A stretch of 64,000 nt of DNA from contig NC_068999.1 in assembly GCF_001194135.2 (NCBI RefSeq), positions 31,250,395-31,314,394 on the forward strand, in the 5' to 3' direction. This DNA is from Octopus bimaculoides (Eukaryota). The first letter of the stretch is position 1; each line of letters opens with the position of its first letter. A program made the position numbers and the translations under genes. This document shows positions 53,901 to 63,622 of the stretch, in pieces. The notes beneath the pieces are model-generated. The model worked only from the letters and a program-made list of their open reading frames with translations. It was not told the DNA's origin and did no database searches.

Positions 53901-55035
53901 TATTACTATATTCATCTGACACTATAGTGACACCAGACTAAAAACCATCCCATAAAATTACTCTGGAAGATGGGAACAAGTGTTAGCCAGAATAAATAGC
54001 ATAGGAGTTTTTTTATGAGGGCACTCAAAAACATTTTACATAAAAGAAATTAAAGGATATATATGTAAATGCCTGGAGAAACAAACACATGTAAAATCAT
54101 TAATGTAGCACCCTGCCAGGATTGTTGGCAATAGCTGGCCATGTGTATTGCCTTCTTGGCAATACCTGGGCATGTATATTGTGTCCCTGTATCTTGAAGC
54201 ATGCCCTAGCAATTACTACCATTTATCTCTCTCTTTTGTAAGTATACCCTGGCACTTCACCATCATCTTTCTCCTGCTCTCTCTTGCACTCTAGCTGTCT
54301 CCCACACTCTCTCTCTCTTTCCCTTGCTCTTTCCTCTGGCTGGGTAACCATGTATACTCTCTACAGCAACACACCTATTTCTGTCCTCTTTCTTGTTACC
54401 ACTCTCTCCCTCTCCCTCTTTTTGTCTTTCCCTTTCTCTTCCTCTCCCCCCTCTCATGGTTGGGTAACCACGTACTTCCTCTACAGCAAGACACCTGTTT
54501 CTGCCTCTTTGTCTCTCTGTTACACTCTAACCTTTCATCATCGGACACAAGATCACCTCCCCCAATGCCTCCTCCCCTCTCAAAATTCCTTGTCTTGCTG
54601 GTGCTGGTGCCAGGTAAAAGGCATTTGGTCCACACTGTGACATGGTTGGCATTTGGAAGGGCATCCAGCTGTAAAAACCATGCCAAAACTTATCTGGTCT
54701 GTGCTGGTGCCACGTAAAAAGGCACTCAGTCCACACTACAGGGTGGTTGGTGTTAGGAAGGGCTTCCAGTCATAAAAACCATGCCAAAACAGACACAGTA
54801 GCCTGAGATAGTCATCTACCTGGCTGGCTCCTGTCAAACTGTCCAACCCATGCCAGCATGGAAAACAGATGTTAAATGATAATGATGATATGTATATGTT
54901 ATAGTTAGGTTATCATTTTAAATCAAGTTAAAGAATAACATTAAAAGTAGGGGCAAATTTATTGTGAAGATTAAGTTGACTGGGACTTCAAGTTCCAGCT
55001 GTCGCCATATACATATATGTGTATTTATGTACGTA

Positions 55036-55077
<42 letters not shown>

Positions 55078-56993
55078 TGTGTGTGCATGTGTGTGTGTGT
55101 GTGTGTGTGTGTGCATGTGTGCCTGCATTCATGCATGTGTGTGTGTAGCAAAAATCTCTTAATTTGTATTTCACTATATTTTACTGGGACTGAACTCAAA
55201 TTCTCAGTTTGATTGTCGACAAATACAATCATCTGTTATGGTAACAGGTGAGATAACAAAGTGAGGAAGATGAGTAATAAACTTCATTTCAATCAAACCT
55301 TGCAACTGCATTGGCATTCTCAGTTGCTAGGATACAACAAAGTAAACAAATCTAAAGACATGTATAAAGCTGGAATGCAAGACAGTCCGTAGCAGATTAG
55401 CAGCCGGCCAAGACAATGACACTGGTCAAAGACAAGGACTGTCAGTTAGTAGCAAGAGTAGCACTGAGGAGTGAGACAATGTCATCAACTTCTAGACTTC
55501 CTCATACAGACTGTTTCACTCACAGTTGACAATCTGACAACATACAAGGCAACAAACAAACAAGCAAAAAAAGTAAAAACAGACTTCACACCATAGAATA
55601 TATTAAATTTGCAAATGTTTCTATTTCATTGCATTTTGACATTATAGAAGCTATAGTTGAGAAATTATTAACAATGAACAAGCATTCATGCTTCTTTTTT
55701 AGCATGCTTCTATTTCGCACATATATTAGTTCAGTTCTACTAGTTCTCATGATATGTTATGTTCTGTATGGTTTCTATAAAGAATTTTCAGTGAGAGCAA
55801 TATATTTATCTCTTTATTTTCTCTCTTGAATTAAATTTTTCTTTATGTTAACTTGAAGATCATTGAACTTTGGATTTTTTCAATCTCAATCACAGATTTT
55901 TTAATTAATTTGTTTAAACTAAATAGTTTGAAACTTTGGATACTGGTTGAATGTATCACGTAGAACATGGTTTACTGTTAACATTTATAACAAAATTTTG
56001 TATTTTACACGTCATTGATTGGTTAAAATTACCCAAATTGAACTTTTTTGAACAACATTGCTGTTGACCACACAGATACAGTGACCACAACAATACCTTC
56101 TCAAGTATGTACAGAATAAAAAGAAAATTTAGTTAACGAGAGAGATAAAGGGAAAAGAAATAACATGTGTGAGTCAGTGTGTGTAATGAGTTGGTAAATG
56201 AGTATTTGCCAATCATTTATTTGAAAACCTTCATGTGTTTGTGTGTGTGTGTGTGTGTAGCAGCAGAACTATCCCTCCATGATGGAACATTTTCCCAATG
56301 TCAATCTGGAGTTTTATATAGAAACAGCAGCTGATAAGAGACAAAGTATTCTCTCATCTTGAAGATAAACCATATTGTTTAAGATAATGTCTGAGCAATA
56401 AGAGTCGTCCATGAGAGAAACTCAGAGATTGTATGTAATAACTTGAGGATTTAGTTTTGGGTTATTTATTTGTACAGAGGATGTGGTGTAAACTATTTCT
56501 TGGTATCACGGGAAGAATGACGTTGCCATGATTCCATTATGTAGGAGAGAAAATATTAATACATCTCACTCTACAGAAACCATGCTAATAGTGGTGATGT
56601 TGATGAGACTGGTGACATGATAAAAGAGGATGAGTTGTGACTAAATATTGTAATAAAGTACAGAGCTGCAAGTAAATCTATACTATGAAGGAGAATGTGA
56701 GTTTATATAATTGAATGGGATGAAATAGATTGTTTTTTATGTTTCCACTTTGAGATCTTGGAAATAATGTTGAAATAAATTTGCTTTCATATATAATATT
56801 TTCTAACTTTGCCATTGGTCTCTTTATCCTTTTTTTTCTTTATACATACACGCTAATACACGGCCTATGTTATATTCCCCACTCATGTTGATACAACGAC
56901 AGGGGCAAAACTAGTTGGTATACAGCACTTACTCGGTATTACCTGTATCTTTAGGGTTTGGTCGACTCCAATACCCTTCATAACCTTTATTTG

Positions 56994-57036
<43 letters not shown>

Positions 57037-57775
57037 TTTTATTCTTATATGTGTTTCAGCCAGGTGGCTGTGGTCATGCTGGAGCACCACCATTATATGA
57101 AATTTTTTTTTAAATGTTGAATACTGGTAGAATTCTGACCAGTTTGCTGATTTCAGTACCAAAGAGTTCAAGGACAGAATGGGATAATGTGAGATAAGTT
57201 GCTTCAATTAAACATTGAACAGGTGATTGATTGAATGTAGAGGTAGAGTTGAAGAAGTGGTAATGACGGGGATTATTTACATGTAACAGTTTGCATGTTT
57301 GTGTGAAATATATCTTTTATGTAGGGATAACAACTTGTCAAAATTTCTAAACAAATAGCAAGTGGAAGTTAAGAAGATGTGTGTGTGTGTGTGTGAGTGT
57401 GTGAATTGATGTTTGACCATCTTTGCTAATGAGAAAGCAATGTCATGAAACAAATTTGATTGTTTTTAGATGTCTAAATTTAATCACTAACATTGGAACC
57501 CAAAGTTTCTGACTAAAATTGGCTTTTGTAGGCATTTTAGATATAATTTACAAGCAAATGGTTCGATGGGGACACTTAGTGTCATAAAGAGAGGGATAAT
57601 TTATGCAAAAAGTGTGCTAGGTATAAGAACATATATGTGTAAATACAACTGGTGCAAGTATAGCTGTGTGGTTAAGTTCACTTCTCATCAACATAGTTTC
57701 AGGTCCAGTCCTACTGTATGACACCTTGAGCAAACGTTGGTTTGGTGGGCAGAAATTGAATGAAGCCCTTGTATT

Positions 57776-57821
<46 letters not shown>

Positions 57822-60800
57822 TGCATGCATGCACGTGTGCATACAAGTGTGTGATTTTTGTTTTAACTTTGCACGATGATTGTAAATGAGTACTACCATC
57901 ATACAAGTGGTGTACTTTGTCTATAATTGTTAGTGAAAACATATCCATCCATGGGGGAAATGTTAGTTTGTTGAGAAAAAGTGAGGGGTTGACAAGAGAA
58001 AGGGCATCTATCTATAGAAAATCTGTATCAACAAATGCCTTACAGCTTCTGAAAGCCTGATAAAATGGACATTGAAATCATAATGATGATGATGATGATG
58101 GTGATAGTTTTGCACAATTGCAATCCTGGTACTCATCAGAGGTGCTGGTAGGAAGAGTACAGCAATAGCTCTCTGCTACTGGCGCTTAAGAAATGCTACA
58201 TTTGGTTTTTAGGTGCCATGTAAAACTGAACAAAAAAATCACTATGGGAGAAGTTCAGATGAGAAATGTATCTGGAATTATGCCCCTTGGACAAGGACTA
58301 GAGTGTCTTCGTAAAGTAAGGAGTAACTGTTTGCAGAGTGGGGGTTGGAGTGGGTAGACGATCTTAAAATCATGTGTGAACATGAACACATACATTATAA
58401 GTTCTAGAATCATCAAGGGCAATGAAAGTCAGGTATTTGGCTGCAGAAATGAAACAGCAAGCATTGTAATGAAAGAGCTGGCAGCCAATTTAATGAAAAA
58501 AGATGCATCAGATCCAGAGTTCAACAAAAAGATTGTTTGTCACTGTAAACACTCATCCTGAATTGACACTCAACTAGCTTTGAAATGTGCAGCCATTCAA
58601 AAACTTGTATTTGAACTAAAGAATATTTGCGAGAAACTTGATGAAGCATTTCAAGGATCTCTGTAGCAGATTTGCCTAATTTCATTCAAAGTTTGATGCA
58701 GGTATGTTACTTGAATTTGGCAGCCTTTGTAAAAATCACAGTAATTCAAACATGATATTAAAAAATCTCATGTAATAATTGAACACAAGTATATAGCAGG
58801 AAGCTTATATGTTGGTTGGCTCAGTAGGCTGACAATCAGTGATTGTGGTGTGGGGTGGAGGATGATGTTGATGATGATGATGATAATGATTATGATGATG
58901 ATGAGGAAGACAATGATGAGTGGGCAGAAGGTAAGGATGATAATTTACACAAAACACGATACATATCATTAAACTCATGTCATTAAACCATGTTGCTACT
59001 GATGGTATTGGTAACATTGGTTGTCTTAAGATGACAGAGATGCAGTCAGAAAGGAATCCCTCTCTGGATTATCCAGGATTATTCAAACTATTTTAAAATT
59101 CAATTAACAAACTAGGATTAACAACTTCCATCAATAAATTTTCTGCTCTCTTTTCTGTAATGCTGTCTCTGGCTAACATTTCTGTTGTTACTATAGCAAC
59201 AGTTTATAAATTATAAATAGCTATTAAAGTGGTGAGTTATCTGAGTCACGAGGGTGTTGGATAGAATATCTTTTGTTATTTATTCTGTTTCTCTGTACTC
59301 TGAGTTCTAATCCCACCAAAGTCAACTTAACCTTTTAAGTTATTGGGTTCAGTAAAAAAAAAAAAAAATTGACTAACTTAGGGCAGAGCATTGATAGACC
59401 TGGTAGCATATCAAACAGAATGCTTTACAGAATCTCTTCTTGTTTACCACATTCTGTCAGCAAACTTGCCAAGTAGCAAAACCTTAAGTAGCATTTTCCC
59501 CTGGAAGATGGTGAGTGATTTGGAAGACCTGGCACAAGCCACCACTCCCAGAAGTGTGAAGAAAATTCATCACCTTGTACATGGGGATCGTCGGAGGACA
59601 ATCAACAACATTGCTGATGTTGTTGGTCTGTCGTAATGGTCTGTCAGATAATTCTAACATTTGAATTGAACATGCTGCATGTCTTTGCCAAGTTTTGTCC
59701 CCCGCCTACGGATCACTGAGCAGAAAGAACATTGTGTTGACATCTGTCAAGATCTCTATCACACATCACTGATGACTCATCCTTCTTGTTAAGGATCATC
59801 CTCAGCAGCAAGAATTGGATCTATGGGTACAATCCTGAGATGAAGCAGCAGTTGTCACAATGGAAGAACTCTTCATCTCCATGGCTGAAGAAGTTACAAC
59901 AGAGCTGCAGCTCAGTCAAGAGAATGCTAATCATTTTTTTACATCAGCAGTATTGTGCATCGAGAATTTGTCTCCCGGAGCCTGACTGTCGACCGAGAGT
60001 CCTACTTGAAGCATCTGGAGGAGGACAGCAACTGGAGTGAAAGCAACGGGATATGTGGAGCCTCAAGAATTGGATTCTTCATGATGACAATGCACCCTGT
60101 CACTGAGCTCTCCTCACATGTGAGTTTCTTGCCAAAAACAACATGGTATTGCTTCTGTACCGGCCCTATTTGCCAGGTTTAGCAACTGTGGACTTCCATC
60201 TCTTCTCCAAGATGAAAATGCAGCTCAAAGGTTGCTCTTTTAACATCATTGTCAAGATCCAGAGTGAATCACAGAAGGTCCTCGACTTGCTTGGGGAAAA
60301 CGACTTCCAGGCAAAATTCCAAATGTGTCAGAAATGCTGGGACCACTGGGACCACAAGGTGAATACTTCGAAGGAGATGATGTTAAAACTTAGGTAAATA
60401 AGTTACTTTTTTATTAAACATAATTAGTCTGGGAACTTTTTGATACCACCTAATATTTACAAGATAATGAATCCTGAACATTGATTTCCTGTCTAAAAGT
60501 TGAAGTTGGTGCTCTACTAATATCTAATTTAGAAGCTGCACATCTGTCACAACAAGTAATCTGAGATATTCCTTCATGTCCTGCATTGAGGTAATAAAAG
60601 TGGAGTTGCCTTGTTGACTTCGTAACTTGTGGTCTCATCACTTATCTTAACAAAAACATCCTCAGGAAAATGGTGAAGAAAATATTCAATGGGTTTCACT
60701 TCTAAGTTGCAAAGCTTTGCAAGGCCAACATCACTAGCAAAAACATTGATGCAATAATCAGCTATGGGCTTACTTCATTCCTGCTAAGAATCATTAAATC

Positions 60801-61782
60801 CTGATGTGTACTGAGGACAATGAAATATCTCTCTGATTATTTTCTCCAAGTCTAAGGTATCATTCTCTAATTAAATCATCATTAAATAATGTTACTAAAT
60901 CATTAATAAATACTACTCGGTACTAACTCACTACATGAGATATTATTCACTGTGATGTTCATACATAAAAGGGGGGAAAAAACTCCAAAGAAATTTACTC
61001 AGAAAACCTTGAGATAAATGCACATGGTGTAAGCAAGAAGTCTTTCAAAAAGTGTTTTCTAAAGTGAGGCTAAACTTTATTTCTTAAACAAATAAGTGCT
61101 TAATTCTTGTTTTTCAGAACAGGTAGTCTAGGAGAAGATTAAGAGAAAAATTATCTGTTTCTAAAAGATGGAAGTAGTCTAAATTTCCCTTCATGTCAAG
61201 TAAAGCAACAAACCCTCCAAGACATATCAGGAAAAATTATCTCAAGTAAAATAGTAAAAAAATTAATTAATTAATTAAAACTATTTGTTGTAGCTTTCAA
61301 ACTGAAAATGCAGCTGAAACACCGACTGAGGCTTAGCCTCTCCCATATAAAAAAAAAATAACATACAAAACAAAAAGAAAATGCAGTAACAGAATCAACA
61401 ACAATATCAGTAGCAGTAGCAGCAACAACAACAACAAAAACAGGAACAGCAGCAGAAATAATTTCTCAAAGAAATAAGAAATAGTTTACTTACCAAGTAA
61501 AAATGTGCTATGTAGAAATAGAACACCATAAGTCCCATCAGGGGCCATTAAACCAATACAGAGAGCAGCATTAGCCAACTGGAAGAGAATATGATTTATT
61601 GGTTTCCATGATGTGCAACCAGTTACTGAGAAAGGAGCAGTCATTGTTAATAGTGGTGGTGGTGTTGGTGTAGATTCAATGTAGGCAGATGTAAAGTTTG
61701 TGGAGGAATTACTGCTTTGGGAAACTGAGCTGTTACCAAGTGGTGCCAAGATGGGAAGGAGTGTAAGGTCACTCCAACCCAT
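1810..61782 (-). CDS. BVES: Popeye domain-containing protein (BVES/POPDC-like), spliced CDS of 7 exons, 389 aa
   Basis: Exons 289+190+123+106+153+178+131 = 1170 nt, all GT-AG, intron phases 1,2,2,0,0,1 match on both sides. The joined protein has an N-terminal glycosylated segment, 3 hydrophobic segments, RPVKF..ELEEVY...FQPLRVP, FIDTPEF, YQVSIVAD..CRY..WSR and [12 protein letters not shown], all recognisable Popeye-family motifs. Paralog assignment (BVES vs other POPDC) was not tested. Confidence 0.9.
5526..6830 (+). mobile_element. Penelope-like element: GIY-YIG fragment between inverted pseudo-LTR arms
   Basis: [22 protein letters not shown] (5943-6158). Arms 5768-5952 vs 6242-6411, continuing 5526-5608 vs 6763-6825 across the gap. 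Confidence 0.8.
5655..5770 (+). repeat. (GAA)n microsatellite, representative of many SSRs (e.g. (AG)n 22739-22878, (AGAT)n 7030-7082, (TATG)n 21077-21132, (CA)n/(TG)n throughout)
   Basis: Direct inspection. Confidence 0.95.
9409..9586 (-). CDS. BVES: BVES coding exon 6 ([32 protein letters not shown]...NDDEDI)
   Basis: Acceptor ttttcccaaattag|GTG; donor ATAG|gtaagg at 9408, phase 1. Ser-rich cytoplasmic tail. A second possible donor lies at 9338. Confidence 0.78.
10022..10650 (+). mobile_element. Helitron-like 5' terminus
   Basis: A|TCTATATATATAAAGCTGAGAATGTGTCTGTCTGTGTG has the same organisation as the 33332 terminus; the right boundary is not resolved. Confidence 0.5.
10660..14530 (+). 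mobile_element. Near full-length degenerate RTE-clade LINE (APE endonuclease + reverse transcriptase), antisense to BVES
   Basis: Frameshifted fragments [18 protein letters not shown] (APE start), [39 protein letters not shown] (ctatgctgatgacctt ~12937) and GRGRPRKTW at the C-terminus, ~10921-13875. These are followed by a 3' UTR with tandem repeats and an acgatgatg tail. The 5' boundary is approximate. Confidence 0.9.
13985..14370 (+). repeat. Six degenerate 65-66 bp tandem units in the RTE 3' UTR
   Basis: AAGCAC anchors at 14032, 14097, 14163, 14228, 14294 and 14360. Confidence 0.85.
15707..15744 (-). ncRNA. Degenerate minimal hammerhead, same family as 37991
   Basis: CCUUU-CUGUCAA-A-GAGU-GUAG-GCUC-GAAAU-GUA^AAAGA. 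Confidence 0.4.
16398..16441 (+). mobile_element. Helitron 3' terminus
   Basis: cctatgccattttaatcccaagcaatgccaggtatctctgCTAG|T, same family as the 32080 end. Confidence 0.7.
17080..17163 (-). ncRNA. Type I hammerhead ribozyme motif with intact core (sense to BVES intron 5)
   Basis: GACC-CUGAAGA-AACU[49 nt]AGUU-GAAAC-AUGU-GUA^GGUC: stems I, II and III pair and all invariant core nucleotides are present. Confidence 0.65.
17806..18175 (+). mobile_element. Complete tRNA-head SINE, 370 bp, with AACT target duplication
   Basis: A-box-like TGGCTGTGTGG and B-box-like GGTTCAGTCCC, internal (GT)n, tail ccagcatggc...aagtaaaaga; AACT at 17802-17805 and 18176-18179. Confidence 0.85.
21620..21846. mobile_element. 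hAT (Charlie/Buster-like) MITE, 227 bp, with 8-bp TSD
   Basis: TIRs TAGTGGTTTTCAA and TTGAGAACCACTG; flanks AATTAGAC / AATTAGAG (7/8 identical, central TA). Confidence 0.8.
22286..22438 (-). CDS. BVES: BVES coding exon 5 ([51 protein letters not shown])
   Basis: Acceptor cttctctctgtttcag|GTG; donor AAG|gtgagt; 153 nt, phase 0 to 0. Confidence 0.92.
23717..24379 (+). mobile_element. Tc1/mariner DD37D (maT-type) transposase remnant, 3' half
   Basis: [10 protein letters not shown]...YVWQQ[D>E]SA.RHTS...W.PNS..CN..[D>C]YYVWG with 37 residues between the second and third catalytic positions; the 3' end runs into a gap. Confidence 0.85.
25455..25930 (-). mobile_element. Degenerate RTE 3' fragment with tail
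   Basis: [19 protein letters not shown]...[25 protein letters not shown], followed by the catgcc/(gat)n tail. Confidence 0.75.
27460..27830 (-). mobile_element. tRNA-head SINE, same family (further partial copies at 16215-16397, 29140-29316, 31721-31860, 31885-32058, 40060-40202, 52150-52272, 57650-57915)
   Basis: Reverse-complement match to the head (ggctatagtagaagacact...accatgtggttgggaagcaagcttcttacc) and tail of 17806-18175. Confidence 0.8.
31032..31618. mobile_element. Long-TIR MITE / fold-back element of unassigned superfamily
   Basis: About 175-bp inverted arms (31032-31205 vs 31447-31618) around a ~240-bp non-coding core; no TSD recognised. Confidence 0.75.
32080..33332 (-). mobile_element. 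Internally deleted Helitron with both termini (A|TC...hairpin...CTAG|T)
   Basis: 5' end TCTATATCTATAAAA + (TG)n at 33332. Three 69-bp units (32716, 32785, 32854) encode [13 protein letters not shown]-type repeats. Rep-proximal motif [11 protein letters not shown]...[19 protein letters not shown] is present. 3' end is ctcaagtaatgctggg-tatctctg-CTAG. Confidence 0.85.
34337..34442 (-). CDS. BVES: BVES coding exon 4 ([36 protein letters not shown])
   Basis: Acceptor ttgtcttattccag|G; donor CAG|gtaagt; phase 2 to 0. Carries the cAMP phosphate-binding cassette motif. Confidence 0.92.
36464..37330 (-). mobile_element. Second DD37D copy with an intact terminal repeat (TA|CAGGGTG) inserted in (TA)n
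   Basis: Reverse complement of 23770-24379; adds [20 protein letters not shown] (first catalytic D). Confidence 0.87.
37991..38027 (-). ncRNA. Degenerate minimal hammerhead in a Penelope-type repeat
   Basis: UCUUU-CUGUUGA-A-GAGC-GUA-GCUC-aAAAC-GUC^AAAGA (A6U and G12A). Confidence 0.45.
38354..38476 (-). CDS. BVES: BVES coding exon 3 ([41 protein letters not shown])
   Basis: Acceptor ttcttctgttccag|A; donor AT|gtgagt; 123 nt, phase 2 to 2. Confidence 0.92.
41762..42050 (+). mobile_element. Penelope-like GIY-YIG fragment
   Basis: [24 protein letters not shown]. Confidence 0.8.
43001..43410 (-). mobile_element. RTE LINE 3' coding fragment
   Basis: [32 protein letters not shown]...[12 protein letters not shown], the same family as 13480-13870 and less decayed; it runs into a gap. 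Confidence 0.9.
43828..43886. repeat. Perfect 26-bp inverted repeat with 7-nt loop
   Basis: ctacattctccctattgtcttcagta-cgttatc-tactgaagacaatagggagaatgtag. Confidence 0.95.
44088..44768. repeat. AT-rich long fold-back with ~19-nt loop
   Basis: About 44325-44495 vs 44515-44700, plus outer 44088-44133 vs 44723-44768. Confidence 0.85.
45343..45401 (+). ncRNA. Type I hammerhead ribozyme motif, U4C variant (antisense to BVES)
   Basis: AUCAUA-CCGAUGA-A-GGAAAUUGAG..CUCAUAAUCC-A-GAAAC-GC-GUC^UAUGAU; 6-bp stem I and palindromic ACGCGU in stem III. Confidence 0.6.
45463..46652 (+). mobile_element. Mariner DD34D, near full-length, degenerate, 3' end truncated by the RTE fragment
   Basis: TA|TCAGGCTGAG start in (TA)n; KWVPHNL, HDNA...[16 protein letters not shown] with D-34-D spacing. 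Confidence 0.9.
46653..47170 (-). mobile_element. RTE LINE endonuclease fragment abutting the 3' end of a mariner
   Basis: [11 protein letters not shown]...AGDFNGHVG...G.G.RNDE.TRLLE, APE-domain motifs. Confidence 0.85.
48100..48480 (-). mobile_element. CR1-group LINE 3' remnant
   Basis: [24 protein letters not shown]...LSTIPDEP, a typical CR1-group C-terminus. Confidence 0.6.
50475..50650 (+). mobile_element. Second SINE family with central gcctttcatcc...ggggtcgataaa...gtaccag domain (copies on minus ~8570-8730 and ~1-60, plus ~59265-59355)
   Basis: B-box-like GAGTTCAAATTCC followed by the conserved core. The resemblance to MetaSINE-type domains is from recall only. Confidence 0.7.
50836..51025 (-). 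CDS. BVES: BVES coding exon 2 ([22 protein letters not shown]...[26 protein letters not shown])
   Basis: Acceptor tttttctttgttgcag|GT; donor AG|gtatat; phase 1 to 2. Encodes TM2/TM3 and the start of the Popeye domain. Confidence 0.92.
54590..54890 (+). mobile_element. RTE 3'-UTR-derived short element (further copies on minus at ~3130-3310, ~33830-33970, ~38965-39150, ~51880-52020)
   Basis: gtaaaa.gcac...ggttgg..ttaggaagggcatccagc...ccatgccagcatggaa...gttaaatgataatgatga matches the end of the RTE at 14350-14530. Confidence 0.8.
59500..60453 (+). mobile_element. Mariner-family transposase remnant with 3' TIR
   Basis: [28 protein letters not shown], catgatgacaatgcacc (HDNA-type motif), DFHLF.KMK.QLKG; ends aactttttgataccacct followed by TA. 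Confidence 0.8.
61494..61782 (-). CDS. BVES: BVES coding exon 1 (MGWSDLTLL...[42 protein letters not shown])
   Basis: Acceptor ttctgattccacag ends 6 nt before the ATG at 61782; donor G|gtaagt at 61493, phase 1. C..W..I.H..F..AN motif typical of the Popdc N-terminus. Confidence 0.88.
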
Positions 61783-62400
61783 AATGTTCTGTGGAATCAG
61801 AAACAACACAATGTAAGATTATAGCAAAGATAAATATTTAACCATTTAGAGATTACATTTAAAAGAGAAAAAAAACATATAACCTATACATTTTAATTAA
61901 TTTTTTAAAAGTAATTGACAATCTTGAGGAATTTACTACCATAACCCTTTTCCTTGTTAAACTGGTGCTTAGAACATGATAAAATGCTTTTAGTTACAAT
62001 TATGATAGAATATCTTAATTTAAATATGAATACTTGAAAAATTGCCAGTTGCCTATCGAAGAATAAGAGGAATCTCAGATAGGTTGGTCCCAAAAGGTTG
62101 AATTTAATGAATTAATCCTATTCTATTATTTCCAGTGTTGAGATTTTTATTGTCTGAAAATCCTGGAATCCTATTTAAAACGTCTACAAACCCCTAATAT
62201 TTTCCTCAAGCATTGAGAAAAGTTTATATACCTAATGATTTCTTGGTACAGTTGTACCCATTGCTAGACTAATCAACAAAAGTATAAACCTTTTGAGTTT
62301 TACTCACTGCTTGAGTAATTAAAGTGAGGATGAATCTCTTGAGTCAGTCATATTTGACATTGGATAATGAGCATGAATATTAACAACTTAAGGAAGTTTC

Positions 62401-62512
62401 ACATTATTTACATTATTTACATTTGACGGATATTTGTCCTCATCTTGTTTGTTGTTAACAACAAACAAGATGAGGACAAATATCCGTCAAATGTAAATAA
62501 TGTAAATAATGT
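62401..62512. repeat. Perfect 112-bp palindrome, no spacer
   Basis: 62401-62456 is the exact reverse complement of 62457-62512, centred on GTT|AAC. Confidence 0.95.
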
Positions 62513-62814
62513 AATTAATGTACATAATTCCTCATCTCTTAAATATAGTACTGTATTAAGAAAGTTGTACTTAAATGTAAAACTCTTAAGACAGTTGTAT
62601 TCCCTGCTGTATTTTGAAATTTGAAGGAGCTTGTTTATGACAATAACTACATTTTTGTTGTACATCATTAACACTAAACTTCCGCCTGCTCTGGTATTCA
62701 GTTTTCTTCATTAAAGATTGGAATCTTTATCTTTGAGAACAGGCGTTGAACAATTTACGTACTACATTACCTTAGCAACTGTATATAAACTTCTACATGT
62801 CAATAGTATGAGGT

Positions 62815-63545
62815 GGTTCAACTGTAAAGTTCATAGATCCCCTTGTGGACCACACACTTTCTTCATCAGTGTTACAGTGCTTGTGTACCATTGGTGAAGA
62901 AGCTTTCATCTCAGGTAGGTCACCAACAGCTGATAAGATGTCATCATCATTGTAATACTGGTTCCTAACCAGAGGCTTTTTTCATGTTGGGGAAGTGATT
63001 ATAGTCACATGTGGCCAAATCAGGAGAGGAGAGAGAGTAATCAACCATTCAAAGACACTGTTACACACAACAGCCATTGAAACTAAAGACTTGTGTGTTG
63101 GAACATTGTCCAGATGAACCAAAACTTCTTTCATCAGTTTTCCTGGGTGTTTGACTTTGATAGCCTTTTGCAACTGCCTCAGCACATTAGCATTGTACTT
63201 GCCATTAATGGTGTGGCCCTTTTGAAGATAATTAATAAACACAATACCTCTTACATCTCAAAAGACTGAGGCCACCACCCTTTCCAGCAGATGAAACAAG
63301 CTTAGCTTTCTTTGGAGCAGATGAGAAGAGGTGTTTCTGCTGCATAGACTGTCTCTTTGTCTCTGGCTCAAAGTAAGGAATCCAACACACATTCTGAGTT
63401 AGGAAACATTCAAGGAAACTTGCTGGATCAGTTTCAAACAATGTCAGATCTCCCGTGATGTGATCAGCCTGGTGTACTTTTGATCTAGTGTCAGAAGACA
63501 TGGCACCTACTTAGCAGAAACTTTCATCATGCCAAGTTTATTGTG
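62815..63545 (-). mobile_element. Mariner-family remnant, interrupted next to the RTE fragment
   Basis: W..Y.EPETKRQSMQ, NYLQKGHTINGKYNANVLRQL.KAIK.K..GKL...V..HLDN.P.HKS. Confidence 0.8.
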
Positions 63546-63622
63546 CAGAATATTCACAATTCTCTTAGGAGATATGCTAATAGCACCACCAGCTATTTGA
63601 TTTATCACCAATCACTTATTAT

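Noticed and set aside
1436-57948. Many long ORFs in the track ([16 protein letters not shown] or X-runs)
   Set aside because: They are translations of microsatellites and N-gaps.
58376-58740. Possible hAT-like transposase remnant
   Set aside because: Only a vague resemblance, with multiple stops and no diagnostic motif; it needs a translated search.
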